Shown here: piece after piece, positions 50,068 to 60,048 of the stretch | Numbering within the stretch: position 1 is the stretch's first letter | How the letters are laid out: every line of letters begins with the position of its first letter | Assembly: GCF_900540665.1 (NCBI RefSeq) | Contig: NZ_UQGV01000001.1 | Location: forward strand, 4,967 to 68,966 | Origin: an uncultured Catenibacterium sp. | GTDB lineage: Bacteria > Bacillota_I > Bacilli_A > Erysipelotrichales > Coprobacillaceae | Direction: 5' to 3' | Length of the DNA: 64,000 nt | The notes under the pieces: generated by a model | The model's database searches: none | What the model saw: only the letters and a program-made list of their open reading frames with translations | What the model was told of the DNA's origin: nothing | Position numbers and translations under genes: made by a program

Positions 50068-51210
50068 ATGAAATTCAAAACAATCGTGACAGCTGGTGCA
50101 GTCGCAGCAATGTTAGTAGGTTGTAGTAATGGGAATTCTACTACAACAGATATCAAAGCACCTAAATTTGGTTTTATCGGTCCATTAAGTGGCGAAGCGT
50201 CTCAGTATGGTACTGCTGTAAAGAATGCTATGAAGATGGCTATTAATGACTATAACAAGAAGCATGGCACAAAGATTACAGGTGTTTATTATGATGATAA
50301 GGCTGATCCAACTACTGCCGTTAACGACTATAACAAACTATATAATGATGATAAGGTCACTGCAGTTCTTTCACCAGTAACAACTGGTTCAGCACTTTCT
50401 GTAGCAAGCGCTGCAAGCAAGAACAATACACCTATTCTTTCACCATCTGCAACAGGTGATAAATTCACTATGAATGGTAAGACAGCTTATAAGAATGTAT
50501 TTAGAATCTGTACAAATGACTCTTATGCAGGTACTTTCTTAGGTAAAGAAACAAAGACTAAATATAACTTCAAGAATGTAGCAGTTCTATATAATAAGGA
50601 ATCTGATTATTCTACTGGTGTAGCATCTGCTTATAAAGCTGAAGCGAAGAAGCAGGGTGTCAATGTTTCATTCTATGAAGCATACAATGCGAATACTAAA
50701 GATTTCTCAACATTCATTTCTAAGATCAAGCAGACTAATCCAGATGCTGTCTTCTTACCAGACTATTATGAATCAGTTGTATCTATTACTAAACAGTTAA
50801 GAGATTCTGGTGTTAAGACTACAGTCTTCGGTGCTGACGGCTGGGATGGTGTTCTTGGTGTTAAGGGTGTTAATACTGCAGACTTTGAAAACTGCTTCTT
50901 CACAAGTGGTTACAATAAAGATGCAACAAGCGGTCCAGCATATGAATTCGTAAAAGCTTACGAAAAAGAATATGGAACAACTCCAAGTATGTTCGCTGGT
51001 ATGGCTTATGATACAGTAACAGTTATGATGAAAGCTATCAACAAGGCTAAATCTACAGATCCTGAAAAGGTTAATGCAGCATTAGAAAAGATTAAGATTT
51101 CTGATGATGAAGCAGTTTGTGGTGGATTCACTTATGATAAGAACCACAATCCTGTTAAGGAATTAAATATCGTTACTGTTAAGAACGGTCAGTATGTAAC
51201 TGCAAAATAA
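50068..51210 (+). CDS. livJ: branched-chain amino acid ABC transporter substrate-binding lipoprotein
   Basis: Lipoprotein signal (LVGCSNG) plus a type I periplasmic binding fold typical of the LivJ/LivK family. Confidence 0.85.
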   Translation: MKFKTIVTAGAVAAMLVGCSNGNSTTTDIKAPKFGFIGPLSGEASQYGTAVKNAMKMAINDYNKKHGTKITGVYYDDKADPTTAVNDYNKLYNDDKVTAVLSPVTTGSALSVASAASKNNTPILSPSATGDKFTMNGKTAYKNVFRICTNDSYAGTFLGKETKTKYNFKNVAVLYNKESDYSTGVASAYKAEAKKQGVNVSFYEAYNANTKDFSTFISKIKQTNPDAVFLPDYYESVVSITKQLRDSGVKTTVFGADGWDGVLGVKGVNTADFENCFFTSGYNKDATSGPAYEFVKAYEKEYGTTPSMFAGMAYDTVTVMMKAINKAKSTDPEKVNAALEKIKISDDEAVCGGFTYDKNHNPVKELNIVTVKNGQYVTAK

Positions 51211-51220
51211 CGATGAATAA

Positions 51221-51249
51221 AGGAGAGTTCATCTCTCCTTATTTTTTTA
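51221..51249 (+). terminator. intercistronic hairpin / partial terminator between livJ and livH
   Basis: Stem aggagag, loop ttcat, stem ctctcct, then tatttttttat. Confidence 0.55.
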
Positions 51250-51270
51250 TTATAGAGGGGAGAAGTAATT

Positions 51271-52143
51271 ATGATTAACTTTATCAACCAGATCATCAAC
51301 GGACTCTCGACTGGGAGTATGTATGCTTTAGTTGCAATTGGTTATACAATGGTTTATGGTATTGCGAAAATGATCAACTTCGCACATGGTGATATCATCA
51401 TGGCAGGTGCTTATTTTGCATTAATCGCCATGGGTTTTGTTGGACCTATTCCAGCTATTATATTTTCTATAGTTGCGACTGCAGCTTTAGGTGTTTTAAC
51501 AGAAAAAGTCGCTTATAAACCTTTAAGAGGTAAAGGTTCACTTGAAGTATTGATCACTGCCATTGGTGTCAGCTATTTATTAGAAAATGTATTCTTATTA
51601 ATCTTTGGTAGTGCAGCTCGTACATTCCCACAGATCATGCCAAAGGGTACAATCAATCTTGGGGGTATATCTATCAAATATATTACTTTAATTACATTGA
51701 TTGTCACTGCGGTATGTACTGCTATTCTTTTATTCTTTATTAATAAGACAAAACTTGGTAAAGCAATGCGTGCTGTATCAGAAGACCAGGGTGCAGCTCA
51801 ATTGATGGGTATTAACGTGGATACAACAGTATCACTTACATTTGCGATTGGTTCAGGTCTTGGTGCTATTGCAGGTGTTATTTATGGATGTGCTTATTCA
51901 TTAATCACTCCATATATCGGTTTGATGTTAGGTATTAAAGCATTTATTGCAGCAGTACTTGGTGGAATTGGTAGTGTACCTGGAGCTATGGTTGGTGGTT
52001 TGATGCTTGGTGTTGCTGAATCACTTACTATTGCCTATATCTCTTCAGATTTCTCTGATGCAGTTGTATTTGGTATTCTTATTATTGTCTTATTAGTTAA
52101 GCCAGCAGGCTTATTTGGTAAGAATGTAAGAGAGAAGGTGTAG
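51271..52143 (+). CDS. livH: branched-chain amino acid ABC transporter permease LivH
   Basis: 290 aa polytopic membrane protein in the LivH family. Confidence 0.85.
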   Translation: MINFINQIINGLSTGSMYALVAIGYTMVYGIAKMINFAHGDIIMAGAYFALIAMGFVGPIPAIIFSIVATAALGVLTEKVAYKPLRGKGSLEVLITAIGVSYLLENVFLLIFGSAARTFPQIMPKGTINLGGISIKYITLITLIVTAVCTAILLFFINKTKLGKAMRAVSEDQGAAQLMGINVDTTVSLTFAIGSGLGAIAGVIYGCAYSLITPYIGLMLGIKAFIAAVLGGIGSVPGAMVGGLMLGVAESLTIAYISSDFSDAVVFGILIIVLLVKPAGLFGKNVREKV

Positions 52144-52146
52144 TCT

Positions 52147-53094
52147 ATGAAAAAATTATTAAAAAACGAACTATTCAGATCATTGATACTATCAATTGCG
52201 ATCTTTGCAGTATTGATGATAGGTACAGCTACATCTTTTATTAACTCTTATAGACAGGGAATATTAATTCTTTGTGGTATTAATATTATCCTTGCTGTAT
52301 CACTTAACTTAGCAGCTGGTTATTTAGGACAGCTTACTCTAGGACATGCTGGTTTCATGTCAGTAGGTGCTTATACATCTGCTTTAATTAGTATTTATTT
52401 AAATCTTCCATTTATCGTATCACTACTTATTGGTGCGATTGCAGCTGGTATTATTGGTTTAATTATTGGTATTCCAGTATTAAGATTAAAAGGTGACTAT
52501 CTTTGTATTATCACTCTTGCTTTCAATGAAATCATCCGTGTTATTATGAATAACCTTGAAATCACTAATGGCGCAAAAGGTTTAATTGGTATTCCTATGA
52601 ATACAAATCTTGTTTATGTCTATATCGCAATGATTATCACAATCTTTGTCGTATATTCAATTGTGAAATCTAGACATGGACGTGCAATCATCTCAATTCG
52701 TGAAGATGAAACAGCATCAGAATTATCAGGTATTGATGTTGGTTATTATAAAGTATTTGCCTTTGCAGTGAGTGCTGTTTTTGCTGGACTTGCAGGAGGC
52801 TTATATGCTCACTATTATACAGTTATCCTTCCTAAAGGATTTGACTTCAACAAATCAGTTGAAATTCTAGTTATGGTAGTACTAGGTGGTATGGGTAACT
52901 TAAAGGGCTCTATTATTGCAGCTATTGTTCTTACTGTCATTCCAGAATTATTGATCTCATTCTCACAGTACAGAATGTTGTTATACGCAATTGTATTAAT
53001 TGTCGCTATGATTTTAAAGGCAACAGGTAAAGGCGAACAGATCATAGAACGTCTTCCGTTCTTTAAAAAGAAAGATGAGGTGAAGCCAGAATGA
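52147..53094 (+). CDS. livM: branched-chain amino acid ABC transporter permease LivM
   Basis: 315 aa polytopic membrane protein in the LivM family. Confidence 0.85.
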   Translation: MKKLLKNELFRSLILSIAIFAVLMIGTATSFINSYRQGILILCGINIILAVSLNLAAGYLGQLTLGHAGFMSVGAYTSALISIYLNLPFIVSLLIGAIAAGIIGLIIGIPVLRLKGDYLCIITLAFNEIIRVIMNNLEITNGAKGLIGIPMNTNLVYVYIAMIITIFVVYSIVKSRHGRAIISIREDETASELSGIDVGYYKVFAFAVSAVFAGLAGGLYAHYYTVILPKGFDFNKSVEILVMVVLGGMGNLKGSIIAAIVLTVIPELLISFSQYRMLLYAIVLIVAMILKATGKGEQIIERLPFFKKKDEVKPE

Positions 53095-53867
53095 GTACAC
53101 CATTATTAAAAGCAGAAGGTCTTGGCATACAGTTTGGTGGATTAAAGGCCGTAGATGAATTTAACTTTGAAATCGATAAGAACCAGTTATTTGGTTTAAT
53201 TGGTCCAAATGGTGCAGGTAAAACAACTGTCTTCAACCTATTAACAGGTGTTTATCAGCCTACAAGTGGTCGTATCCTTTTTGAGGGACATCCAATTAAA
53301 AAAGCAAACACTATTAAGATTACTAAAGCAGGTATCGCAAGAACTTTCCAGAATATCCGTTTATTCAAGGAAATGACCGTTATTGATAACGTAAAGGTAG
53401 GATTACATTACTCTCATCCATATACAGTATTTGATGCTTTATTACATACACCTAAATACAAGAAGGCTGAAGCAGCTATGCAGGAAGAGGCTTTATCTCT
53501 ATTACGAGTTTTCCATCTAGAAGAATTTGCGGAGTCTAAGGCAAAGAACTTACCTTATGGTAAACAGAGAAAACTTGAAATTGCGAGAGCACTTGCAACT
53601 GCTCCTAAACTATTGCTTCTTGATGAACCTGCTGCAGGAATGAACCCTACAGAAACAGCTGAATTAATGGAAACTATTAAAATAGTAAGAGAAAAGTTCT
53701 CAGTCGCTATTCTTCTTATTGAACATGATATGAAGCTTGTTATGGGAATCTGTGAAAAGATTGCTGTATTAAACTTTGGTACAGTACTTGCTTTTGGTAC
53801 ACCTGAAGAAATTAGAAACAACCCTGATGTTGTAGCTGCCTACTTAGGCAATGAAGAGGAGGGCTAA
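53091..53867 (+). CDS. livG: branched-chain amino acid ABC transporter ATP-binding protein LivG
   Basis: Walker A (GPNGAGKTT), ABC signature and Walker B (LLLDEPAAG). Confidence 0.9.
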   Translation: MSTPLLKAEGLGIQFGGLKAVDEFNFEIDKNQLFGLIGPNGAGKTTVFNLLTGVYQPTSGRILFEGHPIKKANTIKITKAGIARTFQNIRLFKEMTVIDNVKVGLHYSHPYTVFDALLHTPKYKKAEAAMQEEALSLLRVFHLEEFAESKAKNLPYGKQRKLEIARALATAPKLLLLDEPAAGMNPTETAELMETIKIVREKFSVAILLIEHDMKLVMGICEKIAVLNFGTVLAFGTPEEIRNNPDVVAAYLGNEEEG

Positions 53868-53869
53868 AG

Positions 53870-54577
53870 ATGTTATTAGAAGTTAAGGATCTTGAAGTAC
53901 ACTACGGTGTCATTAATGCGATTAAGAAGATTTCATTTAATGTTGAAGAAGGTGAAATCGTTGCACTTATCGGTGCCAATGGTGCGGGTAAAACAAGTAC
54001 AATGCATGCTATTTCTGGCTTATTAAATGGCAAGAGTGGTGAAATCATCTTTAATGGTGAAAACATCATGAAGACTCCTGCACATAAAATTGTTTCTAAA
54101 GGTCTTGCACAGGTTCCTGAAGGACGTCGTATCTTTGCTCAGTTGAGTGTTGAAGATAACCTAGAAATGGGTGCTTATCTTCGTAATGATGCAGATGGTA
54201 TCAAGAATGATATTGAACATATTTATACATTATTCCCACGTTTAAGAGAAAGAAAGAAACAGTTAGCCGGTACATTATCTGGTGGTGAGCAGCAGATGCT
54301 TGCTATGGGCCGTGCTTTGATGTCTAAACCAAAACTATTATTACTAGATGAACCATCAATGGGTCTTTCTCCGATCCTTGTTAATGAAATCTTTGATATC
54401 ATTAAAGAAGTAAATGAAAAAGAAGGTATGACTATTCTACTTGTAGAACAGAATGCCAATAAAGCACTCTCTATCGCAAATCATGCTTATGTACTTGAAA
54501 CAGGTAACATTACTGTATCAGGTAAAGCTGAAGATGTCGCAAATAATCCACGTGTTAGAGAAGCATATCTTGGATAA
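53870..54577 (+). CDS. livF: branched-chain amino acid ABC transporter ATP-binding protein LivF
   Basis: Walker A (GANGAGKTS), LSGGEQQ signature and Walker B (LLLDEPS). Confidence 0.9.
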   Translation: MLLEVKDLEVHYGVINAIKKISFNVEEGEIVALIGANGAGKTSTMHAISGLLNGKSGEIIFNGENIMKTPAHKIVSKGLAQVPEGRRIFAQLSVEDNLEMGAYLRNDADGIKNDIEHIYTLFPRLRERKKQLAGTLSGGEQQMLAMGRALMSKPKLLLLDEPSMGLSPILVNEIFDIIKEVNEKEGMTILLVEQNANKALSIANHAYVLETGNITVSGKAEDVANNPRVREAYLG

Positions 54578-54582
54578 TAAGT

Positions 54583-54608
54583 TCTCCCTTGGGGAGGACT
54601 TTTTTTGT
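54583..54608 (+). terminator. intrinsic terminator (copy 1 of a duplicated hairpin)
   Basis: Stem gttctccc, loop ttg, stem gggaggac, then T6. A near-identical hairpin occurs at 56087-56110. Confidence 0.75.
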
Positions 54609-54619
54609 TTTATTTTATG

Positions 54620-54698
54620 TAATTTACCTTACAGGTTAATTTTAAATATTGCATTTTGGTGCTTTATAGGTTATAATGTATTTACCTCAAAGGTAAAT
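54620..54698 (+). promoter_or_regulatory. higBA promoter with two inverted-repeat operators
   Basis: -35 TTGCAT (54648-54653), 18 nt spacer, -10 TATAAT (54672-54677). Inverted repeats aatttacc...ggttaatt (54620-54643) and atttacc-tcaaa-ggtaaat (54680-54698) flank or overlap the promoter. Confidence 0.55.
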
Positions 54699-54717
54699 CA
54701 AAGAGAGGAGTGTTTGC

Positions 54718-54984
54718 TTGAAGATCACATATAAAAATAAAAGGATTGAGAAGGTTTGCACAATTGCAGACGAAGCAGAGAGAAGATATGGGCCAAGAAT
54801 GGCAGAGAAGATTCATCAACGCATAGATGAAATTGATGCATCTGATACGGTTGAAGAGATGGTACAATCCCGTATTGGAAGATGTCATCCTTTAAAAGGT
54901 GATCGAAAGGGTCAATATGCAATGGAATTAGCACAACCCTATCGTTTGATTTTTACAAAAGAGGTAATGAAATTCAAATTGTAA
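54718..54984 (+). CDS. higB: type II toxin HigB (RelE/ParE superfamily)
   Basis: 88 aa whose C-terminal HPLKGDRKGQYAMELAQPYRLIF matches the HigB signature (HPLKG.RKG.WS.R....RI.F). TTG start after RBS agaggag. The toxin gene comes first, as in higBA. Confidence 0.75.
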   Translation: MKITYKNKRIEKVCTIADEAERRYGPRMAEKIHQRIDEIDASDTVEEMVQSRIGRCHPLKGDRKGQYAMELAQPYRLIFTKEVMKFKL

Positions 54985-55026
54985 ATGTAATCGAAATAGT
55001 AGATTATCATTAATTAGGAGGAAAAA

Positions 55027-56082
55027 ATGATGGTGAAGAGTCGCACATTTATTGCAACACCGCCAGGCACAACTATTAAAGAACAACTGCTAGACAAAGG
55101 TATGAGTCAAAAAGAATTTGCGACACGAATGGATTTATCACAAAAACATGTGAGTAAACTAATCAATGGTGAAGTTCAGCTGACTCCGGATGTTGCGGTA
55201 CGTTTAGAAATGGTATTAGGTATTCCAGCTAAGTTTTGGAATAAATTAGAAGCTACTTATCGCGAAAAGTTAATTAAGGCAAATGCGGAAAATGAAATGG
55301 ATGCGGATATAGAAATTGCCAGAAAGATGCCATATAATGAAATGGTTAAATATGGATGGGTACCAGTTGCCAAAAAGATTGAAGAAAAAGTGGTAAATTT
55401 AAAAAAGTTTTTTGGAGTAGTAAGTTTAGTATTGCTTAAAGATATGCGTTTATCTAAGATTGCTTGTCGTAGACTTGCTGATACAGAAAAAAGTAACTAT
55501 GCTTTGATGGCTTGGGCACAACAGGCAAGAATATTAGCACGTGATATTAAAGTATCATCAATAGATTTAAAAACACTAGAGCACAAATTATCTGAAATAA
55601 GGAGTATGACTACTCTAGATCCAGATGTTTTTTGTATAGAGCTAGAAAATCTGCTTGCAGGATGTGGTATTGCTCTTATTTTTCTTCCTCATATTGGAGG
55701 TTCGTTCTTACATGGTGCAACTTTTGTTGATGGAAATAAAATAGTTATAGGTCTCACTGTTAGAGGTAAGGATGCAGATAGATTTTGGTTTAGCTTGTTT
55801 CATGAATTGGGTCATATTTTACTTGGTCATATTAATAATATTGATGGTACCACTGAAGAGGATGAAAACTCAGCAGACCAGTTTGCGCAGGAGATATTAA
55901 TTCCTACGGCTGATTTGGGTGAGTTTGTATCTCAAAATGATTTTTCTCGATCATCTATCTGTGATTTTGCGGAAAAAGAAAATATTCAAAGTGGTATTGT
56001 AGTAGGTCGTCTACAAAAAGAACATTTCATAAATTATAATCAGTATAATGATTTGAAAACTAAATATGAGATAACATCTTGA
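55027..56082 (+). CDS. higA: HigA-type XRE antitoxin fused to an ImmA/IrrE-family zinc metallopeptidase domain
   Basis: The N-terminal ~95 aa is a HigA-like HTH (GTTIKEQLLDKGMSQKEFATRMDLSQKHVSKLINGEVQLTPDVAVRLEMVLGIPAKFW). The C-terminal ~250 aa carries HELGH (HEXXH) in an ImmA/IrrE (COG2856/DUF955)-like context. RBS aggagg. Confidence 0.75.
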   Translation: MMVKSRTFIATPPGTTIKEQLLDKGMSQKEFATRMDLSQKHVSKLINGEVQLTPDVAVRLEMVLGIPAKFWNKLEATYREKLIKANAENEMDADIEIARKMPYNEMVKYGWVPVAKKIEEKVVNLKKFFGVVSLVLLKDMRLSKIACRRLADTEKSNYALMAWAQQARILARDIKVSSIDLKTLEHKLSEIRSMTTLDPDVFCIELENLLAGCGIALIFLPHIGGSFLHGATFVDGNKIVIGLTVRGKDADRFWFSLFHELGHILLGHINNIDGTTEEDENSADQFAQEILIPTADLGEFVSQNDFSRSSICDFAEKENIQSGIVVGRLQKEHFINYNQYNDLKTKYEITS

Positions 56083-56086
56083 GTTC

Positions 56087-56110
56087 TCCTTTTTGGGAGG
56101 ACTTTTTTTA
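56087..56110 (+). terminator. intrinsic terminator (copy 2 of a duplicated hairpin)
   Basis: Stem gttctcc, loop tttttg, stem ggaggac, then T7. Confidence 0.75.
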
Positions 56111-56273
56111 TATATACATCACTATTTTTAAAATATTAAAAAATTCTTAATTAAAAAAATAGCGATATATGCAATATAAAATACAAATACTTAAGAAAAT
56201 CTTAAGAAAATAGTAGACAGATATAAGCCATGGTGTTATAATCGCATTTGTTGACAAGCAAAGGAGAATAACT

Positions 56274-57713
56274 ATGACTCAAAATGCCCCCACAACTTTT
56301 AATGCAATTGTAGAGAGAATCAGAACTTCAAAAACAATGTTGTTGCCAGCAGTTGCAATCTCAGCATTTGCCCTTGTAGGTTATGCTGCGGCTGACCGTC
56401 AGGCACCTGTTATTCATTCAAATAAGATTGTTGTTCCTTATGGTACAAAGCTTAATGCATCTGATTTTGAAATTACAGATAACCGTGATAATTTAGATAT
56501 CATGGATGTTTCTATTAAATCAGGATCATATGAAGCAAAACAGTTGGGTACTTATTCAGTGACAGTTTCTGTCACTGATACATTCAAGAATACAACTAAT
56601 AAAGAAGTTGAAGTACAGGTTATTGATAATGAAGCACCTGTTATTGCATCACGCGTTGATGGTGGTTATATCATAGATGTAGAAGCAAATGGTTCAAATA
56701 ACTTATTAGACTATGTGAAAGCAACAGATAATGTAGATGGTGACGTCAGTGATTTCATTACTTTCAATGGCGATATTGATACAACTGTTATTGGGGAACA
56801 GAAGGTTGTTGCTCATGTAGAAGATAATGCAGGTAATAAAGCTGAAAAAACACTTTCGTTTAATGTAAAGGACGCTGTTGCACCAGTACTTACTCAAAAG
56901 ACACAGTCATTTGATGTGAACTATGGTGAACCTTTCAATCCTGCTGATTATTTTAATGTATCAGATAATTTTGATCCATCTCCAGTATTAACTGTTAAAG
57001 GTGATATTGATACTAAGAAATTAAATAGTGAACAGAAAGCAACTATTATCGCAACTGATAATAGTGGTAATGAAACAAAACAGACATGTACTTTCAATAT
57101 TAAGGATATCAAAGGTCCTGAAATTAAGTTAAATACAAATAAAGTTTCTATTACTGAAGGAACATCTGTAAACTGGCGTTCACTTATTGTTTCAGCTATT
57201 GATAATTTAGATGGTGATTTAACTCAATATGTTGGAATCAGTGGTAATGTAGATGTCAATAATGAAGGACGCTATACAGCAACTTATACTGCAACTGATA
57301 AGACTGGTAACACAACAGTTGTTAATATTCCTGTAGAAGTAAAATCTAGAAATGCAGCCCTTATTCAGACTGCTTTAGGTAAGATTGGATGCCGTTATAG
57401 AATGGGTGCTGTAGGGCCTAATGTCTTTGACTGTTCAAGCTTTACTAGATGGGTATATAGACAAAATGGACGTTCTTTAAGTGGTACAGCTGCTGTACAG
57501 TATAATACAACTCAGAGAGTAGATAGAAATGCATTAAAGCCTGGTGATCTTGTATTCTTTAAGAATACATATAAGAGAGGTATTTCTCATGTAGGTATTT
57601 ATCTAGGTGGAGGCAGATTCGTACATGCTGCCAATGAAAAGAAGGGTGTTATCACTTCTTCTCTAGGTGAATCTTATTATGCTGCTCATTATGCAGGCGG
57701 AGGAAGAGTTTAA
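56274..57713 (+). CDS. secreted NlpC/P60 (C40) peptidoglycan endopeptidase with four Ig-like (DUF5011-type) repeats
   Basis: N-terminal TM/signal segment, four ~85-aa repeats each starting (A/G)P(V/E)I, and a C-terminal NlpC/P60 domain with a Cys (FDCSSFTRWVY) and a His (ISHVGIYLG) catalytic pair. Confidence 0.8.
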   Translation: MTQNAPTTFNAIVERIRTSKTMLLPAVAISAFALVGYAAADRQAPVIHSNKIVVPYGTKLNASDFEITDNRDNLDIMDVSIKSGSYEAKQLGTYSVTVSVTDTFKNTTNKEVEVQVIDNEAPVIASRVDGGYIIDVEANGSNNLLDYVKATDNVDGDVSDFITFNGDIDTTVIGEQKVVAHVEDNAGNKAEKTLSFNVKDAVAPVLTQKTQSFDVNYGEPFNPADYFNVSDNFDPSPVLTVKGDIDTKKLNSEQKATIIATDNSGNETKQTCTFNIKDIKGPEIKLNTNKVSITEGTSVNWRSLIVSAIDNLDGDLTQYVGISGNVDVNNEGRYTATYTATDKTGNTTVVNIPVEVKSRNAALIQTALGKIGCRYRMGAVGPNVFDCSSFTRWVYRQNGRSLSGTAAVQYNTTQRVDRNALKPGDLVFFKNTYKRGISHVGIYLGGGRFVHAANEKKGVITSSLGESYYAAHYAGGGRV

Positions 57714-57718
57714 TCTTT

Positions 57719-57750
57719 AAGGAAATCGGTTTCGATTTCCTCTTTTTTTT
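57719..57750 (+). terminator. intrinsic terminator
   Basis: Stem aggaaatcg, loop gtt, stem tcgatttcct, then T8. Confidence 0.8.
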
Positions 57751-57774
57751 GATAAAATAAAAAAAGCGAAGGGA

Positions 57775-59253
57775 GTGTTTATCATGTATATAGGAACACA
57801 GGATTTACTTAAGCAGTATGATGCTTATTTATTAGAACATGGTTATCAAATAGAGGAACTTGTTAATCTTGCAAGTGATGCTTTATTAAACCATTTCACA
57901 AAATATAATCAACTGGCTATTCTAATAGGACCAGGTAATAATGGGGCGGATGGCTATTCTTTAGGATTAAAACTAGAGAAACTAGGAAAACAAGTCAGCT
58001 ATTATTACAGTGGGGATATAGGAAAGGTATCACAGGCTAATCGTTATTATCGTGATCATTGTGTTGATAATCATCTTATTTATGTAGATGAAGATAATAT
58101 TAATACAATTAACTGGAATGACTATGATTGTATAGTAGATGGATTATTTGGGTTTGGATTAAATAGCGCCCCTAGAGGCATGTACAAGATCATGATAGAG
58201 TCTATTAACGATACTTATATTGGTATTGTCGGGGCTATTGATATCCCTACAGGACTTGACTGTAATACAGGAAAAGCGTATGAAACAGCATTAAAGGCAG
58301 ATTTCACAGTTACTTTAACTGCTTTAAAACAAGGTTTCTTAGATCCCCGTTCATTAGAATATACAGGTGAAGTGATTTTAGAAACATTGGCTGTAAAGGA
58401 CTGTTTCAAGGAAGCAGGCTTATTTGAATATGTAGGGCAGGAATATGCTAAAGCACATTTAAGAAAGAGAGTCTATAATGGTTATAAGAATATCTATGGA
58501 GTAGATGGTTTAATTGTAGGAAGTGACCAATATACAGGTGCACCATTACTTGCGACTAAAGCAGCTTATTATACAGGTGCAGGTATTGTGAAGACAATTA
58601 CTTCAGAAAAAGTGACTTCACTATTACCTCTTTATATTCCTGAAGCTATTCCAGTTACGAGACCACAGATTTTCCATTATGATGATTTTGATGGTTATGA
58701 TGCATTATTAGTCGGATGTGGTTTAGGGCTTGAAGAGGGTGCTTTTAGAGCCGTTATTGATATTATGACAGCTTCTATCTGCCCACTTGTCCTTGATGCA
58801 GATGCACTTACAATTCTATCTAGAAATATGCATTTATTAGAAAAACAGGATCGTAGTGTTATTCTTACGCCTCATATTGGTGAATTCAAACGTTTATGTC
58901 ATGTAGAAGATTATCCTGATTTAATGATTGCAGCACAGAGTTTTGCTTCAAAGTATCATTGTATTCTTGTCTTAAAAGGTCCTCATACTATAGTGACTGA
59001 TGGTAAGACATCTTATCGTATTGCGTCTGGTAATAAAGCCATGGCAGTAGGTGGCATGGGTGATACACTCGCTGGAATCATTACATCACTTCTAGGACAG
59101 GGTTATGAAGCGTTAGAAGCGGCAGTACTTGGTGTTTATATTCATGGATGTGCTGGAGATGAAGTTGCAAAACAGGCCTATACAGTTATTCCTGAAAAAC
59201 TTATCGAAGAAATACCACATACAATGGCTGTACTTGCTGGTGAAATAGAATAA
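57775..59253 (+). CDS. nnr: bifunctional NAD(P)H-hydrate repair enzyme Nnr (epimerase + ADP-dependent dehydratase)
   Basis: N-terminal YjeF_N domain (GPGNNGADG) plus a C-terminal carbohydrate-kinase-like YjeF_C domain (GCGLG...GMGDTLAG). The start may be at 57784. Confidence 0.85.
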   Translation: MFIMYIGTQDLLKQYDAYLLEHGYQIEELVNLASDALLNHFTKYNQLAILIGPGNNGADGYSLGLKLEKLGKQVSYYYSGDIGKVSQANRYYRDHCVDNHLIYVDEDNINTINWNDYDCIVDGLFGFGLNSAPRGMYKIMIESINDTYIGIVGAIDIPTGLDCNTGKAYETALKADFTVTLTALKQGFLDPRSLEYTGEVILETLAVKDCFKEAGLFEYVGQEYAKAHLRKRVYNGYKNIYGVDGLIVGSDQYTGAPLLATKAAYYTGAGIVKTITSEKVTSLLPLYIPEAIPVTRPQIFHYDDFDGYDALLVGCGLGLEEGAFRAVIDIMTASICPLVLDADALTILSRNMHLLEKQDRSVILTPHIGEFKRLCHVEDYPDLMIAAQSFASKYHCILVLKGPHTIVTDGKTSYRIASGNKAMAVGGMGDTLAGIITSLLGQGYEALEAAVLGVYIHGCAGDEVAKQAYTVIPEKLIEEIPHTMAVLAGEIE

Positions 59254-59286
59254 GAAAAAAGCTGGAAAGCAAAAATTGCTTGCCAG

Positions 59287-60048
59287 CTATTTTTTTAGTC
59301 TGATAATAGAAATATTACGATTTTTAGTATGTGTCTTACGATAACTAAAGAATAAATCATCATTTTCCATTGTACAATAAGGGCTGACTTCAATATGTTC
59401 CTCTAAAACACCACAGTTAAGTAACTGCTGTTTAATAAGTCCCTTAGAATTTAGAAGATAATGTGTTTTATCTTTTTTTGTATAGAAAGAAGAAGTATCA
59501 AAACTCATACTCTTAACACGATCAATAATATCATCCATCGCTTCAAAGTTGCGTGCCTCAATAGAAGGTCCTACATAAGCATAAATCTGATCTGGGTTAC
59601 ATCCCTCGTCTTCTATTAAATGACGTGTCACTTTGCCTACAATTTCAGTGACCGTACCTTTCCATCCTGAATGAATCGCAGCTACTAGATGCTGATTCTC
59701 ACAATATAAAAGAACAGGACAGCAATCTGCATGGAAGGTAAATAAAGTCAAGTCTGTATCTCTTGTATATAATGCATCAAAACCTAAATAGGCATCCTTC
59801 TGGCTATAAATCCCTTTTCCACCATCATTTCTATTTACACTTAAATAATGTGTTGTATGACGCTGTAAAGGTGCAACCATATGATCAAGCTCAGTATGAA
59901 GCATTTGTGCGAGTTCTTTACGGTTTTCTAGCACCTGCTTGTCATCTAAGCCATTATAGCTCATATTAAACAGCTTACCATCAATATGTGCTGGTACTGT
60001 ATAGCCTTCTACCATATCATTATTAAATTTCCAAGGTATTAATTTCAT
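59287..60048 (-). CDS. pgeF: peptidoglycan editing factor PgeF (YfiH/DUF152 laccase-domain protein)
   Basis: 253 aa with the conserved His/Cys residues and the HSGWKG motif. Confidence 0.8.
   Translation of the reverse strand: MKLIPWKFNNDMVEGYTVPAHIDGKLFNMSYNGLDDKQVLENRKELAQMLHTELDHMVAPLQRHTTHYLSVNRNDGGKGIYSQKDAYLGFDALYTRDTDLTLFTFHADCCPVLLYCENQHLVAAIHSGWKGTVTEIVGKVTRHLIEDEGCNPDQIYAYVGPSIEARNFEAMDDIIDRVKSMSFDTSSFYTKKDKTHYLLNSKGLIKQQLLNCGVLEEHIEVSPYCTMENDDLFFSYRKTHTKNRNISIIRLKK

Noticed and set aside
54453-54934. Small ORFs 54453-54734 (+), 54682-54888 (-) and 54725-54934 (-) around the higBA promoter
   Set aside because: They overlap the promoter and operator and the higB coding sequence in other frames or on the other strand. 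HigB itself has the conserved signature and a proper RBS.
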